A stretch of 32,000 bases of DNA, from positions 840,001-872,000 of the forward strand of contig NC_010546.1 of assembly GCF_000017845.1 (NCBI RefSeq). Reading direction: 5' to 3'. A program made the translations under genes and the position numbers. Numbering within the stretch: position 1 is the first letter of the stretch; the number at the start of each line of letters is the position of its first letter. Positions 17,985-26,923 of the stretch are shown one piece after another. The notes below the pieces were generated by a model. That model saw only the letters and a program-made list of their open reading frames with translations. It did not search any database and had not been told where the DNA came from. The stretch is from Crocosphaera subtropica ATCC 51142 (GTDB lineage Bacteria; Cyanobacteriota; Cyanobacteriia; Cyanobacteriales; Microcystaceae).

Positions 17985-18767
17985 ATGAAAAGAAAACAAT
18001 TTCTTGCTTTAACATTAGCTACTTTTGTAACAGCTTGCACTGGTTCCAATTCTAATCAACAGGATACCTCTAACGTTACTTTAACCGTATCAGTTGCTGC
18101 GAGTGTGCAAGATGCTATGAAAGCAGTACAACCTCTTTATCAACAAGAAAACCCCCATGTAGAAATTGTTTATAATTTTGGTTCTTCTGGTTCTTTGCAA
18201 CAACAAATTGAACAAGGTGCGCCAACAGATGTGTTTATTTCTGCTGCACCTAAACAGATGAATGCACTACAAGAAAAAGACTTATTATTGACCGAAACTC
18301 GTAAAAACTTACTAGAAAATAACGTTGTTTTAGTAACACCAAAAGATAGTCAAGAATCAGTTACTTTTGAAACGTTACCCACTGCAAAACTAGAAAAAAT
18401 TGCTTTAGGTGATCCCGAAAGTGTACCGGCTGGACAATACGGAAAAGAAGTATTAACGTCCCTCAAGTCCTACGATAAGTTAACCCCAAAATTAGTCTAT
18501 GGAAAAGATGTGCGTCAAGTTCTTTTTTATGTTGAAACAGGAAACGTTGACGCTGGTATTGTTTATGGTACCGATGCTAAAATTTCTGATAAAGTAACAG
18601 TAACTGCTACTGCACCAGAAGGATCACATTCTCCTATTGTTTATCCTGTTGCTGTGGTTAAAGAAAGTAAAAATCCTGAAGAGGCGAAGAAGTTTGTTAA
18701 CTTTTTGTTAGAAGAGAAAGCACAAGCAGTTTTTGAAGATTACGGTTTTACAAAACCTAAAAATTAG
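17985..18767 (+). CDS. modA: Molybdate ABC transporter substrate-binding lipoprotein
   Basis: 260 aa with a lipobox (LATFVTAC). Contains FGSSGSLQQQIEQGAPTDVFISA, VPAGQYGKE and DAGIVYGTDA, which are typical ModA blocks. Confidence 0.9.
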   Translation: MKRKQFLALTLATFVTACTGSNSNQQDTSNVTLTVSVAASVQDAMKAVQPLYQQENPHVEIVYNFGSSGSLQQQIEQGAPTDVFISAAPKQMNALQEKDLLLTETRKNLLENNVVLVTPKDSQESVTFETLPTAKLEKIALGDPESVPAGQYGKEVLTSLKSYDKLTPKLVYGKDVRQVLFYVETGNVDAGIVYGTDAKISDKVTVTATAPEGSHSPIVYPVAVVKESKNPEEAKKFVNFLLEEKAQAVFEDYGFTKPKN

Positions 18768-18861
18768 TACATCTTTTGGGGAGTAAAGCTGAGTTTATCC
18801 AGATTTTCTTTTACTCCCTGACGATGATTATAGGGTTAACAGTTTAAGTTCAAAGATAATA

Positions 18862-19092
18862 CTAAATAACAAAAAGCTCAAGAATAGCAGCTAACAACAT
18901 AGTAAAAATACCCACTTTCAATAAACTGGTCATGTCATTATTGTTACTCGGAGTCACTTGATTATCACTACCTTGTAAATGTCCATAAACATTAACTGCT
19001 CCCATCATAAAGAATAGGAGAGATAATAAGTTCATTCCTTGACCTTGTTTATTTCTTGATACGGTTTTTTGGGTATATTTGTACTTAGCCAT
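18862..19092 (-). CDS. Small two-TM membrane protein (hypothetical)
   Basis: 76 aa with a basic N-terminus and two hydrophobic helices (LLSLLFFMMGAVNVYG and VGIFTMLLAAILELFVI). No family recognised. Confidence 0.4.
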   Translation of the reverse strand: MAKYKYTQKTVSRNKQGQGMNLLSLLFFMMGAVNVYGHLQGSDNQVTPSNNNDMTSLLKVGIFTMLLAAILELFVI

Positions 19093-19409
19093 AGGTCATC
19101 ACTCCGTGAAAATCACTGTTTAGAGGCTATGATAGCCATCTGTAAACCTATATTAACAATTGTAAACTATCATTGCAAGTGTTTGACAATACACATAGTT
19201 AATAGTATAAGAGCTTGAAAATAGAGTTGATCCTTATTTACATTTTTTAAGATAGTACATTTGACTGATATTCAACCACTGAATCCATCAATTCTTAATG
19301 TTTATTTAATACATAGTCTGTACTTTCACTTTCATCGTTAATTTTAATTTTGTTCTACTGCTTATGGTTACTATACTTGAGATAAGATTGTTTGAAAAAT
19401 AGAGCGAAT

Positions 19410-20557
19410 ATGGTGCTTAAAAACGATATCCTTCAAATTCCAGCAATTGATCATCACTGTCATAATTTATTACAACCTAAATGGGTAAAGAATGCTGCTT
19501 ACACCACTACATTTACAGAAGGGAATGATCCTGAAATTTTGAATCATCATGCTCATGATACCTTATTTTTTCGACGAAGTTTAAGGGATATTGGCGAGTT
19601 ATTAAACTGTGAACCAACAGAAGAATCTATTCACGAAATGCGTCAGACTTTAGGAATAGAAAAATTAAGCCAAAAATGGTTTAATTATGCTAATTTAGAG
19701 AGTATTTTTTAGATGATGGCTTTTTACCCGATTAAAATTTTCCTTGGCAATGGCATCAACAGTTTACCTCAGTGTTTCGATTAATCAGATTAGAATACTT
19801 AGCAGAAAATTTAATCAATACTATAAATGATTTTGATGAATTCTTAGAGCAGTTTAGACAAACAATAGGGTCAAAATCTTCCGAAGTAATTGGCTTAAAA
19901 AGTATTGCTGCTTATCGAAGGGGTTTAACCATTGAATCTATCCCAAAAGCAAGGGCTAGTCTGAGATTTAACCAAATAAAACAAGAATATAGTGATCAAA
20001 AAATTTGCTTAACCGATAAAATTTTAATTGACTTTTTACTGGGTATTGCCTTAGATATTGCTGCCGAAAATAAACTACCGATTCAGTTTCATACAGGGTT
20101 TGGCGATCGGGATTTACATTTACGGTTTAGTAACCCACTATGTTTACGCCAACTGTTAGAAAATCCTCGTTGGCAAGAAGTACCTATTATCTTATTACAC
20201 GCTTCCTATCCTTATACGAAAGAAGCTGGATATTTAGCCTCCGTTTACCCTCAAGTTTATCTAGATTTTTGATTAGCCATTCCTTTTTTAAGTATTCAAG
20301 GAATGAAACGAGTTTTACAGGAGTTATTAGAATTAGCCCCTACTACAAAAATTTTATACTCTTCTGATGCTCATAATCTTCCTGAACTGTATTATTTAGC
20401 AGCAAAATGGGGAAGAAACTTATTAGGTGAAGTCTTAGAAGAAACCGTTAAGGATGGAGATTTAAGGGAAGAAGAATCCTTAACAATAGCTATCAATATT
20501 TTACACGGTAATGCTAAACGGATTTATCCTTATTCTGAGAACTCAAAACAGCAATAA
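19410..20557 (+). pseudogene. Amidohydrolase-family (metal-dependent hydrolase) gene disrupted by one frameshift and two in-frame stops
   Basis: Track ORFs 19392..19712, 19772..20272 and 20303..20557 read as one protein: IDHHCHNL..., HTGFGDRD, LLHASYPY, LYSSDA. A frame change occurs in the T6 run at 19705-19710. There is an in-frame TAA at 19733-19735 and an in-frame TGA at 20270-20272 (YLDF*LAIPFLS). Confidence 0.75.
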
Positions 20558-21431
20558 TAACACCAATTAGAATAATTATAGCTCCGATCAATACTAACAT
20601 TGAAGGAATTTCTTGGAAGATAATAAACCCCAAAAAACTAGAGCCAATGGGTTCAAATAAAATAGCTAAAGTCACTAAAGTAGGAGAAACCCAACGCACT
20701 GACCAATTAAGGCTAGTATGACCAATTAATTGCGAAAAAATAGCCATTAAAACCACATAAACATAAACCGAATGAGGATAATTAGTATAACCAGAACCAA
20801 AGAGAAAAGGTAAAGGAAAAAGAAGTATTGCAGCCGTTGTATAAACAATGACACTATAACTACTAATTTTTAATCCTTCTTGTTGAGAAATCTTACCAAA
20901 AATTAAATATAAACTAACAAACCAGGCTCCCATTAAAGCTAATAGATTACCCAACATCGGTTGGCTGTATGAGTTATTCACATCATTACCCCCCAAAGCG
21001 ATTAAAATCCCCCCCAATAAGGCAACAATAATTCCTAAAATGGTTAATTTTTTTAGCTTTTCTTTAAACCAAACCCAAGATAAAATAGACACCCAAATGG
21101 GATTAGTGGTGACTAAAGTGGTGGAAGCAGCAATAGACGTAAACGATAAAGAAGTAATCCAAAAAACAAAATGAAATGCTAAAGAAAACCCCGCACCAAT
21201 AGCATAATAATAAGCTTTGACATTGGCTTTATGTTTAACAACAGTTTGCCACGCCGGAAGTAAGACGAACGATGCAATCATTAAACGAGAGGCTGCTAAA
21301 AAAAGACTAAATTCTAATCCCAATTTTCCCGAAGCGTCCAAAGCAAGCCGGATAAAAATCGCTGTTGAAGAAAAGGAAAAAACACCGATGGTTAAAATAA
21401 GAGTAATTTGCCAAAATTGAGGCGATCGCAT
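20514..21431 (-). CDS. EamA/DMT-family transporter
   Basis: 305 aa with about 10 TM helices arranged as two EamA-like halves. Its 3' end overlaps the pseudogene tail convergently. Confidence 0.85.
   Translation of the reverse strand: MRSPQFWQITLILTIGVFSFSSTAIFIRLALDASGKLGLEFSLFLAASRLMIASFVLLPAWQTVVKHKANVKAYYYAIGAGFSLAFHFVFWITSLSFTSIAASTTLVTTNPIWVSILSWVWFKEKLKKLTILGIIVALLGGILIALGGNDVNNSYSQPMLGNLLALMGAWFVSLYLIFGKISQQEGLKISSYSVIVYTTAAILLFPLPFLFGSGYTNYPHSVYVYVVLMAIFSQLIGHTSLNWSVRWVSPTLVTLAILFEPIGSSFLGFIIFQEIPSMLVLIGAIIILIGVIIAVLSSQNKDKSV
21422..21429. repeat. HIP1 palindrome GCGATCGC
   Basis: Exact 8-mer read in the sequence. Confidence 0.95.
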
Positions 21432-21593
21432 TAATTTTTAACACCCATTATCCAATAACTTTATAGTTTGTAACATTAAGGCCGATTGAGCCATTTAAAA
21501 ATGTTACAATAAATACGATAAACAAGTTTTAACCCTAGTTAAACGCCACACAAAAATAACTTAGGGTGAAACGTAATCTAGGGGAAAAATACC

Positions 21594-22253
21594 ATGAATA
21601 GTCGCTTTCATAATCGCACAGAAGCAGGACAACAATTAGCCGAGAAATTAAAAAGCTATAAAAATCAAGAAAATGGAGTGGTGTTAGCGTTACCCAGAGG
21701 GGGGGTTCCCGTTGCCTATGAAGTTGCTAAAAAATTGAATCTTCCCCTAGATATCTGTTTAGTGAGAAAATTAGGAGTCCCTAATCATCGGGAATTAGCT
21801 ATGGGTGCGATCGCCTTAGGAGGGGTCAGAATTCTCAACACAGATGTCATTAATTGGTCTAACATATCACCCCAAATGATAGAAGAAGTGACCCGCACAG
21901 AACAACAAGAATTACACCGTCGTGAACAAGTTTATCGTGGGGATCAACCTTTTCCTAAAATTTATAATCAGACCGTTATTTTAGTGGATGATGGGATTGC
22001 GACAGGCTCAACAATCAAAGCAGCTATTGCTATCATGAAAAAACAGCAAGCCAAAAAGATTATTATTGCTGTTCCCGTTGCGCCTCCCTCAGTTTGCCAA
22101 GAATTAAGACAAGAAGTGGATGAGCTAGTCTGTTTAACCATGCCAGAACATATGAACTCAATTAGTCTTTGGTATGACGACTTTTCTCAAACCACCGACC
22201 AAGAGGTTTGTAGTTTATTATTCCTTGCTCATGAATATTCCATGACTCATTAA
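21594..22253 (+). CDS. Phosphoribosyltransferase-family protein
   Basis: 219 aa with the PRPP-binding loop VILVDDGIATGST and an N-terminal LALPRGGVPVA. The substrate is unknown. Confidence 0.85.
   Translation: MNSRFHNRTEAGQQLAEKLKSYKNQENGVVLALPRGGVPVAYEVAKKLNLPLDICLVRKLGVPNHRELAMGAIALGGVRILNTDVINWSNISPQMIEEVTRTEQQELHRREQVYRGDQPFPKIYNQTVILVDDGIATGSTIKAAIAIMKKQQAKKIIIAVPVAPPSVCQELRQEVDELVCLTMPEHMNSISLWYDDFSQTTDQEVCSLLFLAHEYSMTH
21807..21814. repeat. HIP1 palindrome GCGATCGC
   Basis: Exact 8-mer read in the sequence. Confidence 0.95.
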
Positions 22254-22314
22254 GGGTTAAGGGAAAACAACCCGACAATTTCTGTAGAGTGAGCCATGCT
22301 CACCCTACGTTTAA

Positions 22315-22521
22315 TTAAGCAGCAGAAACTTTATGTTGTTGATGTTGTTGATGTCGATGAACTTTTCCAGTTTCTTCGCATAAAGGACAAGAAGTCATGG
22401 TTTCATTCCCTTCTATCGTTAATTTTCCATGACCTTGGCATTGTTGACAAGTGATTTTTTCTTGCCACCAATAATTTTTTAAAAATGTATCATCAGTAAT
22501 ATAATTAAAATCTTCGTACAT
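22315..22521 (-). CDS. Small zinc-ribbon protein with a DnaJ-type CxxCxGxG motif and a His/Gln-rich tail
   Basis: 68 aa. CQQCQGHGK and CPLCEETGK form a four-Cys knuckle pair. The C-terminus is HRHQQHQQHKVSAA. Confidence 0.5.
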   Translation of the reverse strand: MYEDFNYITDDTFLKNYWWQEKITCQQCQGHGKLTIEGNETMTSCPLCEETGKVHRHQQHQQHKVSAA

Positions 22522-22720
22522 TCAAAATACCTCAACTATCCTATATATTTTGGTAATTATTCCCTAATCCAATTGCTTTATTAAACTACTATACAAATAA
22601 CACCCATTTCTGTTATTGACTAGCCAAATTAATATTTTTTAAAGATGTCTAAAAAATAATTAAAACCGCTATTTTGTATTAATTAATACAGACAATTATT
22701 CTTCTGCAATCATTTCCCAG

Positions 22721-23446
22721 TTAATAACGAATTTGTAAGGTAACCATAGCTTCTATGGTTTGTTCCCCTCCAATAACGGGGGTACTATCAGCCATACTCG
22801 CTGTTCTTAAGCTTTCTGGTGATTGTATGATGGGTGGTTTGGGTTCATTAGCACCATTAATAGAAATACTAATAATTTCTTGGGATTGAAAGTTTAAGGT
22901 TGATAACACTGCTTGAGCTTGTTCTTGTGCATCTGAAGTCGCTAATTTTAATGCTTCCTTTTGTGCGTCTGAAATGGCTGTTTCGGTTGCTGTAAAACTA
23001 ACCCTATCGATACGAGTGGCTCCTGCTTTAACGGCATCATCCAATAAGCTGCCAACTTCCTCGGTTTTCACCCGAAAACTAACGGTATTGGTGCCGACAT
23101 AACCCACTAATCGTCGTTGATTATTATCATATTGATAATTAGGTTGTAAACGAATTCCTGTGGTTTCTAATCGATCGATTTGACGCGATTGCAAAAAACT
23201 TACTAAGGATGATGTTCGTTGAGCTACATTTTGTTGAACTTCTGCTGCTGTTTTTCCTTGTAATTCCACCCCTAAACTAACATCTGTTAATGTAGTGGGA
23301 ATTCTTACGGTTCCTTGTCCCGTAACGGTTAGGGTTCTTAAGACTTGTTCTTGTGCCATGGCTGGAGCAATCAGAGGTATATTAACAACGGGATAAGTAA
23401 GCAAAGTCAATAAAATTGGTATAAAAGGGAATAATAATCTTTTCAT
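22721..23446 (-). CDS. SIMPL-domain (DUF541) periplasmic protein
   Basis: 241 aa with a signal peptide (…IAPAMA/QEQ). Contains LTVTGQGTVRIPTTLTDVSLGVE and a C-terminal ...TIEAMVTLQIRY, typical of the SIMPL/26-kDa periplasmic protein family. Confidence 0.8.
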   Translation of the reverse strand: MKRLLFPFIPILLTLLTYPVVNIPLIAPAMAQEQVLRTLTVTGQGTVRIPTTLTDVSLGVELQGKTAAEVQQNVAQRTSSLVSFLQSRQIDRLETTGIRLQPNYQYDNNQRRLVGYVGTNTVSFRVKTEEVGSLLDDAVKAGATRIDRVSFTATETAISDAQKEALKLATSDAQEQAQAVLSTLNFQSQEIISISINGANEPKPPIIQSPESLRTASMADSTPVIGGEQTIEAMVTLQIRY

Positions 23447-23567
23447 TTTTTACTATTTAATTGTTTATACTCCTTTTAGTATAACAAACAATATTTCAGA
23501 CATTAAGCAATTGATGGTTCAAAAGCATCCTCAAATTGTAACTTTTGCTTTATTAATAATAGTCAAT

Positions 23568-24992
23568 TTAACCCAGCGATCGCATCATAGCAAAAAATTT
23601 ACTTAAGATATTTTGTAATCCTTTATTTTGAGCAAAGTTTCGTTTTTTTAGTAATAAGGCTGCTTTACTATTAACCTCTGATAAAGTCGGATAAATATGA
23701 ATGCCCGATAAAGCTGAAACTTTGAGATTATGAGACATAGCTAAGACAATTTCATGAATTAATTCCCCTGCCGATTTACCCACTAAATGCGCCCCTAAAA
23801 TTTCCCCATCCTCCTTAACAATAATCTTAGAAAATCCTTGGGTTGCCCCTTCTGCTTGGGCGCGATCTACTTCAGAAAAGTTTTGTTTTAAAACATGAAC
23901 AGCATCTCCATATCTTTGCTTCGCTTGTTCTTCTGTTAACCCCACTCTTGCCAACTCAGGATCGGTAAATGTTGCCCAAGGAATGACCTCATAACTCACT
24001 TTATTAACGGGGAAAAATAGAGCATTCGTTATCACTGTGACTGCTTCATGGGCTGCCACATGGGTAAACTGATAACCACCAATAACATCCCCACAAGCAT
24101 AAATTTTGGAATTACTCGTTTGTAGTTTCTCGTTAACTTTAATCCCTTTTTTATCGTATTCAACCCCTGCTGCTTCTAAGTTAAGAGATTCCACATTAGG
24201 CGATCGTCCAGTAGAAACTAAAATTTCATCCACAATAACTTTTTCCTCATTAGCCCATAAATGTTTTTTTCCATTAATCATTTCTACTTTATCCGCTCTA
24301 GCATTTTTAATAATTTTTATTCCTTCTTGTAAAAACTGTTTTTCTATCACATCTGCTGCTTCGGGGTCTTCTTTAGGAAGCAAATGAGAATGACTATTAA
24401 TTAACGTTACTTGACTTCCCAGACGATGAAAAGATTGACCCAATTCACAACCAATAGGACCAGCACCAATAATGGCTAAAAACTCAGAGCAGTCTGTTAA
24501 AGAAAATACTTCTTCGTTAGTTAAATAACCACTTTCTTTTAATCCAGAAATATTAGGAATATTAGGGCGAGAACCGGTAGCAATCACAAAGGCTCTTGCC
24601 TTTAATTTTTGTCCATTAACTTCAAAAATATGAGAATTAATAAATTGTCCTGAGCCAAAAATAACTTCAACCCCTAGCCCTTCAAACCGTTGAGGAGAAT
24701 CGTGGGGTTCAATCGCTGCAATGACATTTTTAACATGATCTATTGCTTGAGAAAAATTAAGAGTAGGAGAATGAATATGAACACCAAACCGTTGACTATT
24801 TTTTACCTCGTAAGCCACCCTTGCAGCATGGATTAAGGACTTACTAGGAACACATCCATACCATAAACAATCACCGCCTAAACGGTCTTTTTCTACTAAA
24901 GCAACCTTAGCTTTTAATTGCGCTGCTGCACTAGCAATAACTAATCCTCCCGAGCCACCACCAATGATAACAATATCATAGTCAACTCCCAT
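23568..24992 (-). CDS. Pyridine nucleotide-disulfide oxidoreductase, MerA-like/dihydrolipoamide dehydrogenase family
   Basis: I prefer the ATG at 24992 (MGVDYDIVIIGGGSGG, preceded by GGGAGA) to the TTG at 25007. The redox-active disulfide is GGDCLWYGCVPSK, and a second Rossmann motif is IIGAGPIGCE. There is no HMA domain and no C-terminal Cys pair, so this is probably not a true mercuric reductase. Confidence 0.85.
   Translation of the reverse strand: MGVDYDIVIIGGGSGGLVIASAAAQLKAKVALVEKDRLGGDCLWYGCVPSKSLIHAARVAYEVKNSQRFGVHIHSPTLNFSQAIDHVKNVIAAIEPHDSPQRFEGLGVEVIFGSGQFINSHIFEVNGQKLKARAFVIATGSRPNIPNISGLKESGYLTNEEVFSLTDCSEFLAIIGAGPIGCELGQSFHRLGSQVTLINSHSHLLPKEDPEAADVIEKQFLQEGIKIIKNARADKVEMINGKKHLWANEEKVIVDEILVSTGRSPNVESLNLEAAGVEYDKKGIKVNEKLQTSNSKIYACGDVIGGYQFTHVAAHEAVTVITNALFFPVNKVSYEVIPWATFTDPELARVGLTEEQAKQRYGDAVHVLKQNFSEVDRAQAEGATQGFSKIIVKEDGEILGAHLVGKSAGELIHEIVLAMSHNLKVSALSGIHIYPTLSEVNSKAALLLKKRNFAQNKGLQNILSKFFAMMRSLG
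23576..23583. repeat. HIP1 palindrome GCGATCGC
   Basis: Exact 8-mer read in the sequence. Confidence 0.95.
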
Positions 24993-25107
24993 AGTTTTAT
25001 CTCCCAATTGTTTGATAAATTATCACGAACCAATATTATTTATACTCTTTTATCCTCCTGATTTTTACCTAGAGAATCTTCTCTTTTGAGTATTTTTTTT
25101 ATAAAAT

Positions 25108-25575
25108 TTATTGATTTGTCACTTTTAACAATCCTTGTTTTCTTTGGTTTAAGTAAGTTTTATGATCTAACCATTTTCCTTGTTTAATAAACCCCCAATT
25201 TTTTATTCTAGGACCTCTAAAAAATAAACTCCAAGACCCTTGAGAATCAGGAGAAACTTCAATACGATGAAGAGAATGAGGGGAACGAATGCGAAAATGG
25301 CCCGGTCCACGCCAAAATTTACCCTCCGGGGTAATTTCCCAATAACCCCCTTTCAATATTAGGGTTGCATACCACCAAGGATGATCGTGTAAATCATCAG
25401 GATCGCTTAAACAAATGTAGTGTAACATGACATTAAAAGGAAGAGAACGTGCGTTGTCTGCTTCCATTAATTTATCCGAAAAAAGTAAGTAATAGCGTAC
25501 TAAATAAGGTTCTATCCCATTTCGATCATAAATAATTCGTTTGCGGCCTAGTTTTTCCAAGAGTGTGAGTAACAT
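25108..25575 (-). CDS. Hypothetical protein with a cupin-like H-x-H...H motif (LHDHPWWYATLILKGGYWE ... HSLHRIE)
   Basis: 155-aa ORF. The HDHP-x(n)-G-x(n)-H pattern is reminiscent of thiol-dioxygenase-type cupins. The family assignment is uncertain. Confidence 0.55.
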   Translation of the reverse strand: MLLTLLEKLGRKRIIYDRNGIEPYLVRYYLLFSDKLMEADNARSLPFNVMLHYICLSDPDDLHDHPWWYATLILKGGYWEITPEGKFWRGPGHFRIRSPHSLHRIEVSPDSQGSWSLFFRGPRIKNWGFIKQGKWLDHKTYLNQRKQGLLKVTNQ

Positions 25576-25621
25576 TTTTTCTGATTTATCAATAACAATG
25601 AAACTAAATTAATTATAGATC

Positions 25622-25972
25622 CTAATTTTTATTAAGTTTACAGCTTGAGTGTCTTTGATCATAGGCACATTGAAGATTAATTTTTTCTTGATTTGTGTCT
25701 TCTGCACGACATTGAATCCATCCATCATTGTTATTATCTTCTCCTTCACATTCGAGGGGAGTGAGACTATTTTCCTTGGCAAACAAGATTAAATTTTCTG
25801 TTGCCACTCGACGGGTGACTTGATTATTTTGCCGTTGAATAAATTGAGGTAGGATCAAATAGGAGACTATTCCAGCGAAAACAATAATTAGAAGTAGTTG
25901 CCACACAGCTAAACCAGCATTTTCTTCTTTTAAGTTGTTTAGATTTATTTTTTGCCAAAAAAACACTTTCAT
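25622..25972 (-). CDS. Type IV pilin-like/pseudopilin-like protein, non-canonical
   Basis: I prefer the ATG at 25972 (116 aa). The leader MKVFFWQKINLNNLKEENAG is followed by LAVWQLLLIIVFAGIVSYLILPQFIQRQNNQ, which is a pilin-type N-terminal helix but with Gln rather than Glu at +5. Four Cys lie in the C-terminal third. Confidence 0.4.
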   Translation of the reverse strand: MKVFFWQKINLNNLKEENAGLAVWQLLLIIVFAGIVSYLILPQFIQRQNNQVTRRVATENLILFAKENSLTPLECEGEDNNNDGWIQCRAEDTNQEKINLQCAYDQRHSSCKLNKN

Positions 25973-26104
25973 AACAATTTTTAGGGACAAATATCACAAC
26001 AATGATTAAATTTTTATTAAGTTTATATAATAGTGTGACACTTTGCAGGGTTTCACCCAGTCATAGTCATCAGCAATCAAGTCGTAATACAGTAAAAGAG
26101 TAAT

Positions 26105-26120
26105 TAGACTAGCTAGTCTA
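26105..26120. promoter_or_regulatory. Perfect 16-bp palindrome TAGACTAGCTAGTCTA (candidate operator)
   Basis: Read directly in the sequence. It lies in the divergent region between the pilin-like gene and ORF 26123..26374. Confidence 0.3.
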
Positions 26121-26122
26121 GT

Positions 26123-26374
26123 TTGATGAATGTGATGAGTATCATCAGGTGGTGTGAGATGTTCAGGAAATTTTTTGAAGCGTGTACCATTACGTTAGGA
26201 TTATACGTCTGTTTACAATTAAGCAGTGTATCTCTTCCTTCTCCTGTTTTATGGTTTAAAGTCTCTAGATTTGACCCGTTTTCCCTCTCTAATGTACAAG
26301 AGAAGGTTGAATCTAATAGATGGTTAACTTGGAGAAATCAGAAACACTTTAATCCCAGAGTTAATAGATATTAA
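26123..26374 (+). CDS. Doubtful small ORF (83 aa, TTG start)
   Basis: The only long ORF in a 620-bp gap. It has a hydrophobic N-terminal stretch (CTITLGLYVCLQLSSVSL), a non-ATG start and no clear RBS. Confidence 0.2.
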   Translation: MMNVMSIIRWCEMFRKFFEACTITLGLYVCLQLSSVSLPSPVLWFKVSRFDPFSLSNVQEKVESNRWLTWRNQKHFNPRVNRY

Positions 26375-26614
26375 ACCCTCTTTAGCAATTACTGATAAAA
26401 GTCAAAAAATCTTGGCGCAAGCATAGATATTTTTATCGACTTTTATGGATGAAACTACGGAATTAACTGGACAAAATTTTGAGAATTCCCTAAAAACACG
26501 CAAGAAAATTCTCTAATTTTTGTTTAAATTAACATCAATCTCTCTGTTTTTACCCCTCACTTTTCATATCGTCAAACCTGTATTAACTTCTTGATTTGCT
26601 TAAGACTTTAAGTT

Positions 26615-26923
26615 ATGAAAAATTCACAACCTATCGAAATTCTTCTAACCCATATTAAATTACAAGCAATTCTCCATAACATCGAAGAAAGTATTGCTAT
26701 TGATTACACATTGCTCAATTTGTATCGAAATACAGGGGAGATTTCCAAGCAAGAATATCATGAAACTTTGTGGGAAATCACTGCCGAAATTGGTCACACC
26801 GAAGAAGTTTGGGAACAATACATCAATTTTTCTGAATTGGTGACCACCTTGACCAATGAATATTTTGTCGAATATTGGTTTGAATTAGAAAACTTTCTCA
26901 GTCTCTTTCCTTTAAATGAATAG
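26615..26923 (+). CDS. Acidic helical hypothetical protein (102 aa)
   Basis: ATG-started ORF upstream of psbH on the same strand, rich in E/Y/W/L. No family recognised. Confidence 0.5.
   Translation: MKNSQPIEILLTHIKLQAILHNIEESIAIDYTLLNLYRNTGEISKQEYHETLWEITAEIGHTEEVWEQYINFSELVTTLTNEYFVEYWFELENFLSLFPLNE

Noticed and set aside
20270-20272. In-frame TGA considered as selenocysteine or programmed read-through
   Set aside because: The upstream part of the gene has two further lesions. I saw no SECIS-like hairpin immediately downstream, and the expected residue is a Gly rather than a Cys/Sec position.
20140-20367. ORF 20140..20367(+), which spans the second pseudogene junction
   Set aside because: It is in a different frame from the flanking amidohydrolase fragments, which share one frame. 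Its translation has no amidohydrolase-like sequence, so it does not rescue the gene.
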